Positions 17,845 to 26,537 of a stretch of 39,440 nucleotides of DNA are shown piece by piece (within the stretch, counting starts at the first letter, position 1; each line of letters begins with the position of its first letter). The stretch is from contig JAXGZF010000006.1 of NCBI GenBank assembly GCA_040771865.1, positions 372,001 through 411,440 on the forward strand, written 5' to 3'. Both the position numbers and the translations under genes were made by a program. The DNA comes from Desulfobacterales bacterium (GTDB lineage: Bacteria > Desulfobacterota > Desulfobacteria > Desulfobacterales > UBA2245). The notes below the pieces were generated by a model. It saw nothing but the letters and a program-made list of their open reading frames with translations. It was not told the DNA's origin and made no database searches.

Positions 17845-19976
17845 AATCAAAACTTTCAGAATCGGGGTATCAATTCGACACGCAGACCGGCGTCTGGCTG
17901 CGGCCAGGCTACGCCGGAATCGCCTACAGCGATGGCGAAAACGTCGAGCGCCGTATCGCCGCCATAATCGAGCGGGCGAGCGACCTAACCGTTCTGTCCG
18001 AAGAGCTGCGCCGACATTGTTCGGACTGGCCTTCTTTTTACCACCTCAGCGGGGCGCGATCCAATATCCTGCGGCCGTTTAAAGACATTTTAAAAGGCGC
18101 GGATGTGCTGGAAGTCGGTGCGGGCTGCGGCGCAATCACCCGCTATATGGGAGAGTGCGGCGCCAGAGTGCTGGCTCTGGAAGGGACTCTGCGTCGTGCG
18201 GCCATTGCAAGATCCCGCACACGGGATTTGCCTGATGTCATCGTTACAGCGGATCGATTGGATCAATTTGAATGCGGTCAAAAATTCGACGTGATCACAT
18301 TGATCGGCGTACTGGAATACGCAAATCTGTTTACGTCCGGGGATGATTCCGCACTTGCCATGTTGCGGCAGGCGCGAACTGCGCTGAAGCCCGGCGGCAA
18401 ATTGATTCTGGCAATTGAGAACCAGCTGGGTCTTAAATATTTTGCCGGTGCGCCGGAAGATCACCTGGGGCAGTCCATGTATGGAATAGAGGGGCGTTAC
18501 GAGAAGGATCAGCCGCAGACCTGGGGGCGTAAAGTGCTTGCAGAAATGCTGATGAAGGCCGGTTTTGCGCGTTCGGAATTCATGGCGCCGTTCCCCGACT
18601 ACAAGTTGCCGGTTTCCATCGTTACTGAAAGCGGTTTTTCCTGTGTGGGTTTTGATGCCGGCGCGCTGGCATGGCAAAGCGTCAAACGCGATCCCCAGCT
18701 GCCGCATATACTGGCGATGTCGCCCGAACTCGTCTGGCCGGTTCTTGCTCAGAACGAAATTGCGCTGGACCTGGCAAACTCGTTTCTTGTTGTGTCCGGA
18801 GACGCCATTGGAAAGAGACCGGATACATCCATTCTTGCCTGGCATTTCACGGGTGAGCGATCCGGGGAATTCTGCAAGGAAACCCGGTTTGTACAAACCG
18901 GCCATGGCGAAATAGAGGTTCGTTACCATTTGCTGGCCGGGGGCGATAGGCGCGTCAAGGGAAGGCTGCTGACGTTCTTCGTTCCGGAAAAAGCGGAATA
19001 TGTTCAGGGCAGACCCCTGTCTCAGGAGCTGCTCCATATCGTCACCCGGAACAGTTGGCGCATGGAGGAAGTCGGCGCATTCTTCAAACGATACCTGCAT
19101 GTTCTCGGCTCCCTGACCGCATCCGGCGAGGCGCCTTTATCAATTAATTCCGCCGATAGTCTCATTTCCGGCGAACATCTGGATCTGCTGCCGCAAAACA
19201 TCATCGTCGGCTGGGACGGGTTGTGCAGGGTGATCGATAAGGAATGGCAATGGAACGACGACATGCCTTTAGGATGGCTGATATTTCGTTCTTTGCTCAG
19301 GCTGATACATACCGTGACGCGCTTCAGCGCTTCTGCCAGCGACTTTGTCGGCACCCCGCTGGGCTTTATCCGCGCCGCATTCAAAGCCGCCGGATTTGCC
19401 GTAACCGACGGTGAGATTGAAAGTTTCGCGAGGCTGGAGGAGGCGCTGCAATCCGAAGTTGCCCGGCGTCCGTTGAATAATGACGAATTTATTCATTGGC
19501 TGCGCACAGCTCCCCTGCCTCGATGCAATCTGAACCAGGCTTTAATCGAGCGCGACCGGCAGATTTCCGGCCTCAATCAAGTGGTTGCGGATCAGGCGAG
19601 GCACATTCGGAATGTAGAGTCGGATTGGTCGGCGCGGGGACAGCGTATTGAGGAGCTGGAGCGGGTTGCAGCGGATCAGGCGAGGCACATTCGGAATGTA
19701 GAGTCGGATTGGTCGGCGCGGGGACAGCGTATTGAGGAGCTGGAGCGGGTTGCAGCGGATCAGGCGAGGCACATTCGGAATGTAGAATCGGATTGGTCGG
19801 CGCGGGGACAGCGTATTGAGGAGCTGGAGCGGGTTGTAGCGGATCAGACCGCTCATATAAAAGATCTGCTTGTCCACATTAACAATATCGAAGCAGAGTT
19901 GACGGAATTTCGCTTGTCCTGGTACGGAAAACTGAAAGCGGCAATCCAGAAAGCGCGTCAACGCCGACAAAAATAG
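17841..19976 (+). CDS. WbdD-like glycan chain terminator: class I SAM methyltransferase + kinase-like domain + coiled coil
   Basis: VLEVGAGCG, FDVITLIGVLEY, LKPGG and IENQLGLKY. Central DLLPQNII...VIDKEW is kinase-like. C-terminal heptad coiled coil and basic tail. GTGA overlap with wzt. Confidence 0.78.
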   Translation: MKSKLSESGYQFDTQTGVWLRPGYAGIAYSDGENVERRIAAIIERASDLTVLSEELRRHCSDWPSFYHLSGARSNILRPFKDILKGADVLEVGAGCGAITRYMGECGARVLALEGTLRRAAIARSRTRDLPDVIVTADRLDQFECGQKFDVITLIGVLEYANLFTSGDDSALAMLRQARTALKPGGKLILAIENQLGLKYFAGAPEDHLGQSMYGIEGRYEKDQPQTWGRKVLAEMLMKAGFARSEFMAPFPDYKLPVSIVTESGFSCVGFDAGALAWQSVKRDPQLPHILAMSPELVWPVLAQNEIALDLANSFLVVSGDAIGKRPDTSILAWHFTGERSGEFCKETRFVQTGHGEIEVRYHLLAGGDRRVKGRLLTFFVPEKAEYVQGRPLSQELLHIVTRNSWRMEEVGAFFKRYLHVLGSLTASGEAPLSINSADSLISGEHLDLLPQNIIVGWDGLCRVIDKEWQWNDDMPLGWLIFRSLLRLIHTVTRFSASASDFVGTPLGFIRAAFKAAGFAVTDGEIESFARLEEALQSEVARRPLNNDEFIHWLRTAPLPRCNLNQALIERDRQISGLNQVVADQARHIRNVESDWSARGQRIEELERVAADQARHIRNVESDWSARGQRIEELERVAADQARHIRNVESDWSARGQRIEELERVVADQTAHIKDLLVHINNIEAELTEFRLSWYGKLKAAIQKARQRRQK
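19587..19847 (+). repeat. Three tandem 84-bp repeats (28 aa = 4 heptads) plus a 9-bp partial copy
   Basis: Units start at 19587, 19671 and 19755. Copies 1 and 2 are identical and copy 3 differs at 2 nt. The unit encodes ADQARHIRNVESDWSARGQRIEELERVA. Confidence 0.97.
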
Positions 19977-19985
19977 AGGCTTGAT

Positions 19986-21071
19986 ATGAACATTACTGTT
20001 ACAAAACCTTTTCTGCCGCCCTTCGCGGAGTTCAATGCCTACCTGGAAGGCATATGGGGGCGTGAATGGCTTACGAACAATGGCCCCCTGGTCAATGAGC
20101 TTGAGTTGAAACTCAAGGATTATCTTAAGGTGGATCACCTGCTGTTTCTTTGCAACGGCACCATCGGGCTTCAAATAGCGATTCGCGCGCTGGATTTGCA
20201 GGGCGAGATCATCACCACTCCCTTCAGTTATGTTGCGACGACCTCCAGCATTGTCTGGGAGAGATGTCGGCCGATTATGGTCGATATCTGCCCGAAAACC
20301 CTGAATATCGACCCCGATAAAATCGAGCAGGCCATTACCGGCAAAACCACGGCCATACTCGCGACGCATGTATTCGGAAACCCCTGCGATGTGGATGCCA
20401 TTTCCACGCTCGCGCAAAAACACGGCCTGCGCGTGATTTACGATGCGGCCCACGCGTTTGGATGCATTTACAAAAAACGCTCTCTTCTATCGTACGGCGA
20501 CATTTCCGTTTGCAGCTTTCACGCGACCAAACTCTTCCACACCATTGAAGGAGGCGCCGTGATCACTCCCGATGCCGAAGTTCTGAAGCGGATGGCCTTG
20601 ATGAGAAACTTCGGTCACGCTTCGCTGACGGAGTTCGACGGGCTTGGGATCAACGGCAAAAATTCCGAAATGCATGCGGCAATGGGTTTGTGCAATCTCA
20701 GGCATATTGAGAATATTATTGAGACCAGGCGCAGGCTATGCAAATACTACGCCATACAACTTGAAGGCCTTCCTCTCCGGTTCCAGGAAATTGCGCCCGA
20801 TACGCAGTATAACCATGCGTACTATCCGGTGGTGTTTGAGAGCGAATCCATGATGTTGAAGGTTCTGGATCATCTGAACGTGAACAGTATTTTCCCCCGC
20901 AGATATTTCTATCCGGCTTTGTCGAATCTTCCTTATATATACGGGCAGAACGCGCCGATAGCCGAGGATGTCTCGCGCCGCATTCTCTGCCTGCCCCTGT
21001 ACCACAAGCTGTCGGAAGCGGAGGTCGCCATGATTTGCCGGTTCATCAAACGGACGCTCAAATACATCTGA
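19986..21071 (+). CDS. vioA: DegT/DnrJ family dTDP-4-amino-4,6-dideoxy-D-glucose aminotransferase
   Basis: Motifs WLTNNGP, TTPFSYVAT, YDAAHAFG, SFHATK (PLP Lys), GINGKNSE and RRYFYP. Paired with a VioB-like acetyltransferase. Confidence 0.8.
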   Translation: MNITVTKPFLPPFAEFNAYLEGIWGREWLTNNGPLVNELELKLKDYLKVDHLLFLCNGTIGLQIAIRALDLQGEIITTPFSYVATTSSIVWERCRPIMVDICPKTLNIDPDKIEQAITGKTTAILATHVFGNPCDVDAISTLAQKHGLRVIYDAAHAFGCIYKKRSLLSYGDISVCSFHATKLFHTIEGGAVITPDAEVLKRMALMRNFGHASLTEFDGLGINGKNSEMHAAMGLCNLRHIENIIETRRRLCKYYAIQLEGLPLRFQEIAPDTQYNHAYYPVVFESESMMLKVLDHLNVNSIFPRRYFYPALSNLPYIYGQNAPIAEDVSRRILCLPLYHKLSEAEVAMICRFIKRTLKYI

Positions 21072-21083
21072 TAGAGGGGGAAC

Positions 21084-21653
21084 ATGTCCTGGTTGTCTGT
21101 TCAACAGATCCATGAAATCGGTTTCGGTCGAGTCGGCTGCAATGTGATGATATCCGACAGCGCAAGGTTCTATAATCCGATGAACATTCGTATGGGGAAC
21201 CATGTGCGCATCGATGACTTCTGCGTAATATCCGCGGGCGAAGGAGGGGTTGATATCGGCGACCATATTCACATTGCCGTATTTTCGTCGATTCAGGGCG
21301 CGGGAAGGGTTGCGCTCTCCGATTTTTGCAATCTGTCCTCAAGGGTTTCGGTTTATTCCAGCAATGATGACTATTCCGGCGACAGCATGACGAATCCGAC
21401 CGTGCCGGACAGATTCAAAAACGTCAAACATGCGGACGTATTTCTTGGAAAGCATGTCATCGTCGGCAGCAACAGCGTTATTTTGCCGGGAGTCGTCATC
21501 GGCCAGGGCGCTGCAATCGGCGCCCTGAGTCTGGTGAACTCGGATTGCGACAGTTTTTGCGTTTATGCGGGCGTTCCCGCCAAAAAAATCAAAAACAGAT
21601 CAAGCGGTTTGCTGAATCTGGAAAATGAGCTCAGGGGGTGCGGTGAAGGTTAA
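21084..21653 (+). CDS. vioB: Hexapeptide-repeat N-acetyltransferase (dTDP-Qui4N acetyltransferase-like)
   Basis: VRIDDFCVISAGEGG, SSRVSVYSSNDDYSG..MTNP and YAGVPAK. It resembles VioB as I recall the family and is adjacent to vioA. Confidence 0.75.
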   Translation: MSWLSVQQIHEIGFGRVGCNVMISDSARFYNPMNIRMGNHVRIDDFCVISAGEGGVDIGDHIHIAVFSSIQGAGRVALSDFCNLSSRVSVYSSNDDYSGDSMTNPTVPDRFKNVKHADVFLGKHVIVGSNSVILPGVVIGQGAAIGALSLVNSDCDSFCVYAGVPAKKIKNRSSGLLNLENELRGCGEG

Positions 21654-22593
21654 CCTGTCGATTCTTCTGGTAACATTCAATCATCGGCAATACATCGGTC
21701 AGGCGCTGAATTCGCTGTTCAAACAGAGATTTGAAGGCGATGTCGAACTGGTGGTTGCCGACGACGGCTCTTCGGATCAAACGATGAACATCATCAGGTC
21801 TTACGAAGGGACCGATGACCGTTTTCATTTTAAATATCTGGACAGCGGTTCAAACCTGGGCGTCACCGGAAACTACCAACGCGGTTTTGCCGCATGTTCC
21901 GGAGAATATGTCGCGGTACTTGAAGGAGATGATTATTGGGTCAGCCCGATGAAACTTCAGCGCCAGTGCGATTTTCTGGATGCTCACTGGGAGTGCGATC
22001 TGTGTTCAGTCAATTACTATGTATATGAAGAAGAGCGCTCCCGGTTTACCCCCAGAACGGCGACCGGTTCCGGATACAGGCTTATCGGCGCCAGAGATCT
22101 GATTGCAGATAACCTGGTGGGGAATTTTTCCACCTGCATGTATCGAAAATCCGCGCTGGACGGATTGCCTCGGAAGCTCTTTGAGATTAAATCCTACGAC
22201 TGGATCGTGAATATATGTGTGGCGCGCCGGAGTCTGATCGGATTCCTGGAGGCGCCGATGTCCGTTTATCGTCTGCACGCCGAGGGCATCTGGACGAAAA
22301 CCTCCCTGATCGAAAAACTCAGGACCCAGCTCGATCTTATTCCGGATTACGATGCGCTGACCCAATATGTCTTTCATGAGGATTTCGATCTTTTGGCGAA
22401 CCGTTTACGGCAGAGCATGGCTGCATCGCAAATCGGCAATGTCGCGGATTTCGTTTCCGGACCTGCGGGGGGCTTTTTGCCTGTTCTCTTGGACTGGATG
22501 CCGTCTGTGTTGGTGAGTGCAGCCCGCGCGATCCTGCCTCCGGCGCTCAAGCGTTTTATTGTCGGAAAGCTTCAGGGGAATCGCGCCGTATGA
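21643..22593 (+). CDS. GT2 family glycosyltransferase
   Basis: Motifs LSILLVTFNH, VADDGSSD and GEYVAVLEGDDYW. Probable start is GTG 21643 (alternative ATG 21625). Confidence 0.88.
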   Translation: MKVNLSILLVTFNHRQYIGQALNSLFKQRFEGDVELVVADDGSSDQTMNIIRSYEGTDDRFHFKYLDSGSNLGVTGNYQRGFAACSGEYVAVLEGDDYWVSPMKLQRQCDFLDAHWECDLCSVNYYVYEEERSRFTPRTATGSGYRLIGARDLIADNLVGNFSTCMYRKSALDGLPRKLFEIKSYDWIVNICVARRSLIGFLEAPMSVYRLHAEGIWTKTSLIEKLRTQLDLIPDYDALTQYVFHEDFDLLANRLRQSMAASQIGNVADFVSGPAGGFLPVLLDWMPSVLVSAARAILPPALKRFIVGKLQGNRAV

Positions 22594-23720
22594 AACCGCC
22601 GGCGGTCTCGGTCGTTATGGCGACCTATAATCATGCCGACTTTGTTGTTCAGGCAATTGAAAGCGTTCTCAATCAGAAAGACGTGGATTTTGAGTTTCTC
22701 ATCGCCGATGACGGTTCGGTAGATCACACAAGAGATGTTGTTGCCGCCATTCCTGATGAAAGAATCCGCTTTTTCCCATACAGAGAGAACCGCGGCGCAT
22801 GTACGGTTACCAATGAGCTGATTCGGCGCGCATCGGGAGAATTTATTGCGATCATCAATTCCGACGACTATTGGATCGGAAGCGACAAGCTCGCATGCCA
22901 GCTGGAGGTGATGCGTGAAAATCCGGCCATCGGCGCCTGTTTCGGGCGCGTACGGTTTGTGGACAGAGAAGGGGTTTCCATCGACAAGTCGCAAATGCCG
23001 AGGGGGGGCGTTTTCGACCAGGGAAACCGTTCGCGCGGCGCCTGGCTCCGGCATTTTTTCGACCAAGGCAACTGCATCTGCCATCCGACGATGCTGATAC
23101 GCAGGGCGTGTTACGATGCACTGGGCTTATACGACAACCGTCTGCGGCAATTGCCGGATTTCGACATGTGGGTGCGTCTGGTGAAACGGTATGACATTCA
23201 CGTCAGCAACAGGGAAATGATCGCCTTCCGGCAATTGCCGGGAGAAAACGCCAGCAGCGCCACGTGCGTCAATTTAAGGCGCCTGATGAATGAATTTTAT
23301 TTTGTTCTGCAAAGATTTTTTGACGAAATTCCGCGCGATGTATTTCTGGACGGTTTTGGAAACCTGCTGACAGCGCCCGATCCTCCGGACAACGTGCATA
23401 TCGATATAGAGCAGGCCCTGCTGTACCTTGGAAAAAACCGGTGGGCCTCCCACATATACAATCTGATCGGTCTCGAAAGAATGCACTTTCTGCTGGGCAG
23501 CGAACCACACCGGCGGATCCTCATCGATCGCTACGGTATCGACGACCGCGCTTTTCACTCATTATCGGCAGAAACCGGCGTGTTCGATCTGGAAGATTCG
23601 GCGTCAAAGCTCTCTGTCATCGATGGAATATCATTAGTCGCGGAAGTCAAGCGTCGTGTCCTATTGCGCATTCCGCCGATTCTTCGCCCCTTCCTGAACC
23701 GTGTCCTGAAAAGGTTTTAA
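22590..23720 (+). CDS. GT2 family glycosyltransferase
   Basis: Motifs VSVVMATYNH, IADDGSVD, IAIINSDD, CHPTMLIRR and LPDFDMWVR. ATGA overlap with the upstream gene. Confidence 0.9.
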   Translation: MKPPAVSVVMATYNHADFVVQAIESVLNQKDVDFEFLIADDGSVDHTRDVVAAIPDERIRFFPYRENRGACTVTNELIRRASGEFIAIINSDDYWIGSDKLACQLEVMRENPAIGACFGRVRFVDREGVSIDKSQMPRGGVFDQGNRSRGAWLRHFFDQGNCICHPTMLIRRACYDALGLYDNRLRQLPDFDMWVRLVKRYDIHVSNREMIAFRQLPGENASSATCVNLRRLMNEFYFVLQRFFDEIPRDVFLDGFGNLLTAPDPPDNVHIDIEQALLYLGKNRWASHIYNLIGLERMHFLLGSEPHRRILIDRYGIDDRAFHSLSAETGVFDLEDSASKLSVIDGISLVAEVKRRVLLRIPPILRPFLNRVLKRF

Positions 23721-23728
23721 CAGATTCC

Positions 23729-24637
23729 ATGACTGCATCCGTCTACCAGATTCAATACAGCGACGAGGTTGTCGGCATGATGGATCCTTCCTTCATTGAA
23801 TATGATTGCCGGCATCAACCGGAGTATGAGAGGCGGGAAATAGCCCACATGCTGAGTTTCTACGATGAAGGCGCATGGAGGCGCAGGGGTTCCGAATATT
23901 TCGGACTGGTTTCACCCAGGTTTTCCGGTAAAACCGGAATCAGCGGCAAGGCTTTCATCGATTGGGTAAACGCCAACCCGGGCTACGACGTCTACTTTGT
24001 CAACCCGTTTCCGCAACTGGTCTACTGGCATTATAACGTGTGGGAACAGGGGGAATTCTGGCACCCCGGCCTTGTCAATCTGGCAAACGCGCTTTTTGCT
24101 GCGGCCGGTCTCTCCATCCGGGTTGAAAACCTGCCGCGCAATACGTCTTCATCTCTGCTTTACTGCAATTACTGGGTCGGCAACGAGAAATTCTGGCGTG
24201 CCTATATGACTTTGGTTCGCAAACTGGTTGCCGCAATTGACGAACTGGACGCGGACAACAGAAGGAAGTTTTTTGAACAGGCGCCTCACTATGCTCCGGC
24301 AACCTATTTCCCGTTCGTATTTGAGCGCCTGGTCAGCACCTTTCTCGTTCTGCACGAAGAATTTGCCCGCCTGCCTTACACCTTTGGGCCTGAGGAAATT
24401 TTGAACCGATGCGACAACGAGATGGAGCGTTTCGTCATCCGTGAGTGGGCCGGAATGATCGACGACTGGGATGCTTCTGGTCGGAACGATGCCCAGTACA
24501 GGAAAATTTTCGCCAATCTTCAAGGCATGCTGCGGGTTTACCTGTCGGTCGAATCGCATGATTCCCGTCCGGAACCCCCAAGCGGCGGGGGGCTGATGGA
24601 GAGGCTCAAACGCATTTTGGGATTAAGATTAAGGTAA
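23729..24637 (+). CDS. Hypothetical glycan-biosynthesis protein, probable glycosyltransferase
   Basis: ATG 8 nt after the GT2 stop, 302 aa, aromatic-rich. Motifs YFGLVSPRF, YCNYWVG and YFPFVFERL. Confidence 0.7.
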   Translation: MTASVYQIQYSDEVVGMMDPSFIEYDCRHQPEYERREIAHMLSFYDEGAWRRRGSEYFGLVSPRFSGKTGISGKAFIDWVNANPGYDVYFVNPFPQLVYWHYNVWEQGEFWHPGLVNLANALFAAAGLSIRVENLPRNTSSSLLYCNYWVGNEKFWRAYMTLVRKLVAAIDELDADNRRKFFEQAPHYAPATYFPFVFERLVSTFLVLHEEFARLPYTFGPEEILNRCDNEMERFVIREWAGMIDDWDASGRNDAQYRKIFANLQGMLRVYLSVESHDSRPEPPSGGGLMERLKRILGLRLR

Positions 24638-24755
24638 GCTCAAAGCTGAAAGGGCTCAGGATCAAGGATTACGGATTCAAGGGAGGAGCGTTGAACTCAG
24701 TCCTCATCCCTCATCCCTCAGGTTTCAGGTCTCATCCCTCAATTTCCCCTTGATC
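24637..24755. repeat. Heptamer-periodic repeat tract forming an imperfect inverted repeat
   Basis: Seven in-phase YTCA-NNY heptamers at 24696-24744 (ctcagtc ctcatcc ctcatcc ctcaggt ttcaggt ctcatcc ctcaatt). Purine-rich ~7-mers lie on the left (ctcaaag ctgaaag, atcaagg attacgg). gatcaagg (24660-67) pairs with ccttgatc (24748-55). Confidence 0.7.
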
Positions 24756-24812
24756 TTTGCTCGCATTTCTGTGATCGTATTTAGTTGAACTCAAAACAGG
24801 AGCCAAACTCGC

Positions 24813-26480
24813 ATGAAAAAATTTTTTAAACAATGGCGGCCCTATATTCTCTTTGGCGCCTTGTTCAGCATGTTCATCAACATACTTCAGCTTACCTTTC
24901 CCATCTACATGCTGCAGATCTACGATCGGGTGCTTTCCAGCTACAGTCTTCCGACGCTTTACGCCATCACCTTTGCGGCCGTTCTGTCGCTGATTATCAT
25001 GGCATCTCTCGAATTCCTTCGTTCGCGGCTGCTGGTGCGCTGCGGGGTTGCCATCGATCAGGTCCTCAGCCGGGATGTCCTCGACAATGTCGTCAAACAG
25101 GCGGCGCTTACCGGCGCCCAGCCCCAGCAGGCCACCCTGCGCGATGTCAACGTGCTGCGAAATTTTTTTGCCGGGAACGCCATTTTTACCCTGTTTGACA
25201 TGCCCTGGACTCCCCTTTTTCTGGCCGTCATCTATTTCATACATCCGGTGCTGGGCCTGGTGGCGACCGGCGGCGCCGTTCTGCTGGTCATTTTTGCCGT
25301 CATCAACGAGCTGATCACGCGCAGGCCGCTCAATGCCGCCAACATCGTCAACGGCTTTTCGATGAAATTTGTCGATACCGCCAGCCGCAACGCTCAAGCG
25401 GTGCGCGGCATGGGCATGCTCGGCGGGGTTACCTCCCGCTGGCAGGGCTTCAACGATACTGTCACCAAACTTCAGACTCAGGCCAGCCGTCAGGCCGGAT
25501 TTATTCAATCTCTGTCCAGTTGGCTGCGCCAGTCCATGCAGGTATTTATATATGGTGTCGGTGCCTGGCTGACCCTGAGGGGCGAATCCACCGCCGGCTG
25601 CATGATCGCTGCCTCCATCATCATGGGCAGGGCGCTGGCGCCGGTGCAGCAGGGCATTGCGCTCTGGAAGAACATGATCGAGGCGCGCAGCGCCTGGAAG
25701 CGTCTAGATGCGCTCTTCAGCCGGCCCGATGTTCCCGAAGCCATGGATCTGCCTGCGCCCACAGGGCAGGTAAGCGCTGAACACGTCACTTTTGCTTTGC
25801 AGAATACGGTCATTCTGCGCGACATCAATTTTGCCCTGCAGCCAGGGGAATCGCTTGGCCTCATCGGTCCCTCCGGCGCCGGAAAATCCACCCTGTGCCG
25901 GCTGCTGCTGGGCATCTGGCCGGCCAGCGGGGGCAAGGTTCGTCTGGACGGAAACGACATCTACGCCTGGGATCAGGAAAAAATCGGACCGTATCTCGGC
26001 TATCTGCCCCAGGACGTCGAGCTGTTCACCGGAACGGTGGCGGAAAACATCGCCCGCCTCGGCACGGTTGATTCTGATAAGGTCATTGCCGCCGCGAGGC
26101 AGGCCGGAGTTCACGAACTGATTCTCGGTTTTTCCGCGGGTTACGATACGCGGATCGGGGAGGGCGGCCTGATTCTTTCCGGCGGTCAGCGGCAGCGCCT
26201 GGGTCTGGCCCGCGCTCTGTACAACAACCCCAGACTGGTGATTCTGGATGAACCCAATTCCAATCTCGATGACGAAGGCGAGGCAGCCCTGGTCCGTTCC
26301 TGGGGGCATCTTAAACAGCAGAAAACTACGCTGGTTGTGGTTTCCCACAAACCGTCGCTGCTGGCGGGCATGGATAAGATCCTGATGCTCAAGAACGGGC
26401 AGCAGGTCATGTTCGGTCCCCGCGACGCGGTTTTTCAGAAACTCATGGAGGCTCAAACCCGGTTGAAGGCTGTTCAATAA
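24813..26480 (+). CDS. prtD: Type I secretion system permease/ATPase (PrtD/AprD/RsaD family)
   Basis: Motifs YMLQIYDRVL, FDMPWTP, IAASIIMGRALAP, GPSGAGKS, GYLPQDVELF, LSGGQRQR and LDEPNSNLD. No C39 domain. Confidence 0.93.
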   Translation: MKKFFKQWRPYILFGALFSMFINILQLTFPIYMLQIYDRVLSSYSLPTLYAITFAAVLSLIIMASLEFLRSRLLVRCGVAIDQVLSRDVLDNVVKQAALTGAQPQQATLRDVNVLRNFFAGNAIFTLFDMPWTPLFLAVIYFIHPVLGLVATGGAVLLVIFAVINELITRRPLNAANIVNGFSMKFVDTASRNAQAVRGMGMLGGVTSRWQGFNDTVTKLQTQASRQAGFIQSLSSWLRQSMQVFIYGVGAWLTLRGESTAGCMIAASIIMGRALAPVQQGIALWKNMIEARSAWKRLDALFSRPDVPEAMDLPAPTGQVSAEHVTFALQNTVILRDINFALQPGESLGLIGPSGAGKSTLCRLLLGIWPASGGKVRLDGNDIYAWDQEKIGPYLGYLPQDVELFTGTVAENIARLGTVDSDKVIAAARQAGVHELILGFSAGYDTRIGEGGLILSGGQRQRLGLARALYNNPRLVILDEPNSNLDDEGEAALVRSWGHLKQQKTTLVVVSHKPSLLAGMDKILMLKNGQQVMFGPRDAVFQKLMEAQTRLKAVQ

Positions 26481-26537
26481 GAGAAGCCGCGTTGATTATA
26501 CGTAAATAAACCACTTACAATTCGGATAGATTTCGAT

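Noticed and set aside
19587..19847. 84-bp repeats as a CRISPR array
   Set aside because: The copies are contiguous with no unique spacers, they are in frame within a CDS, and no cas genes are present.
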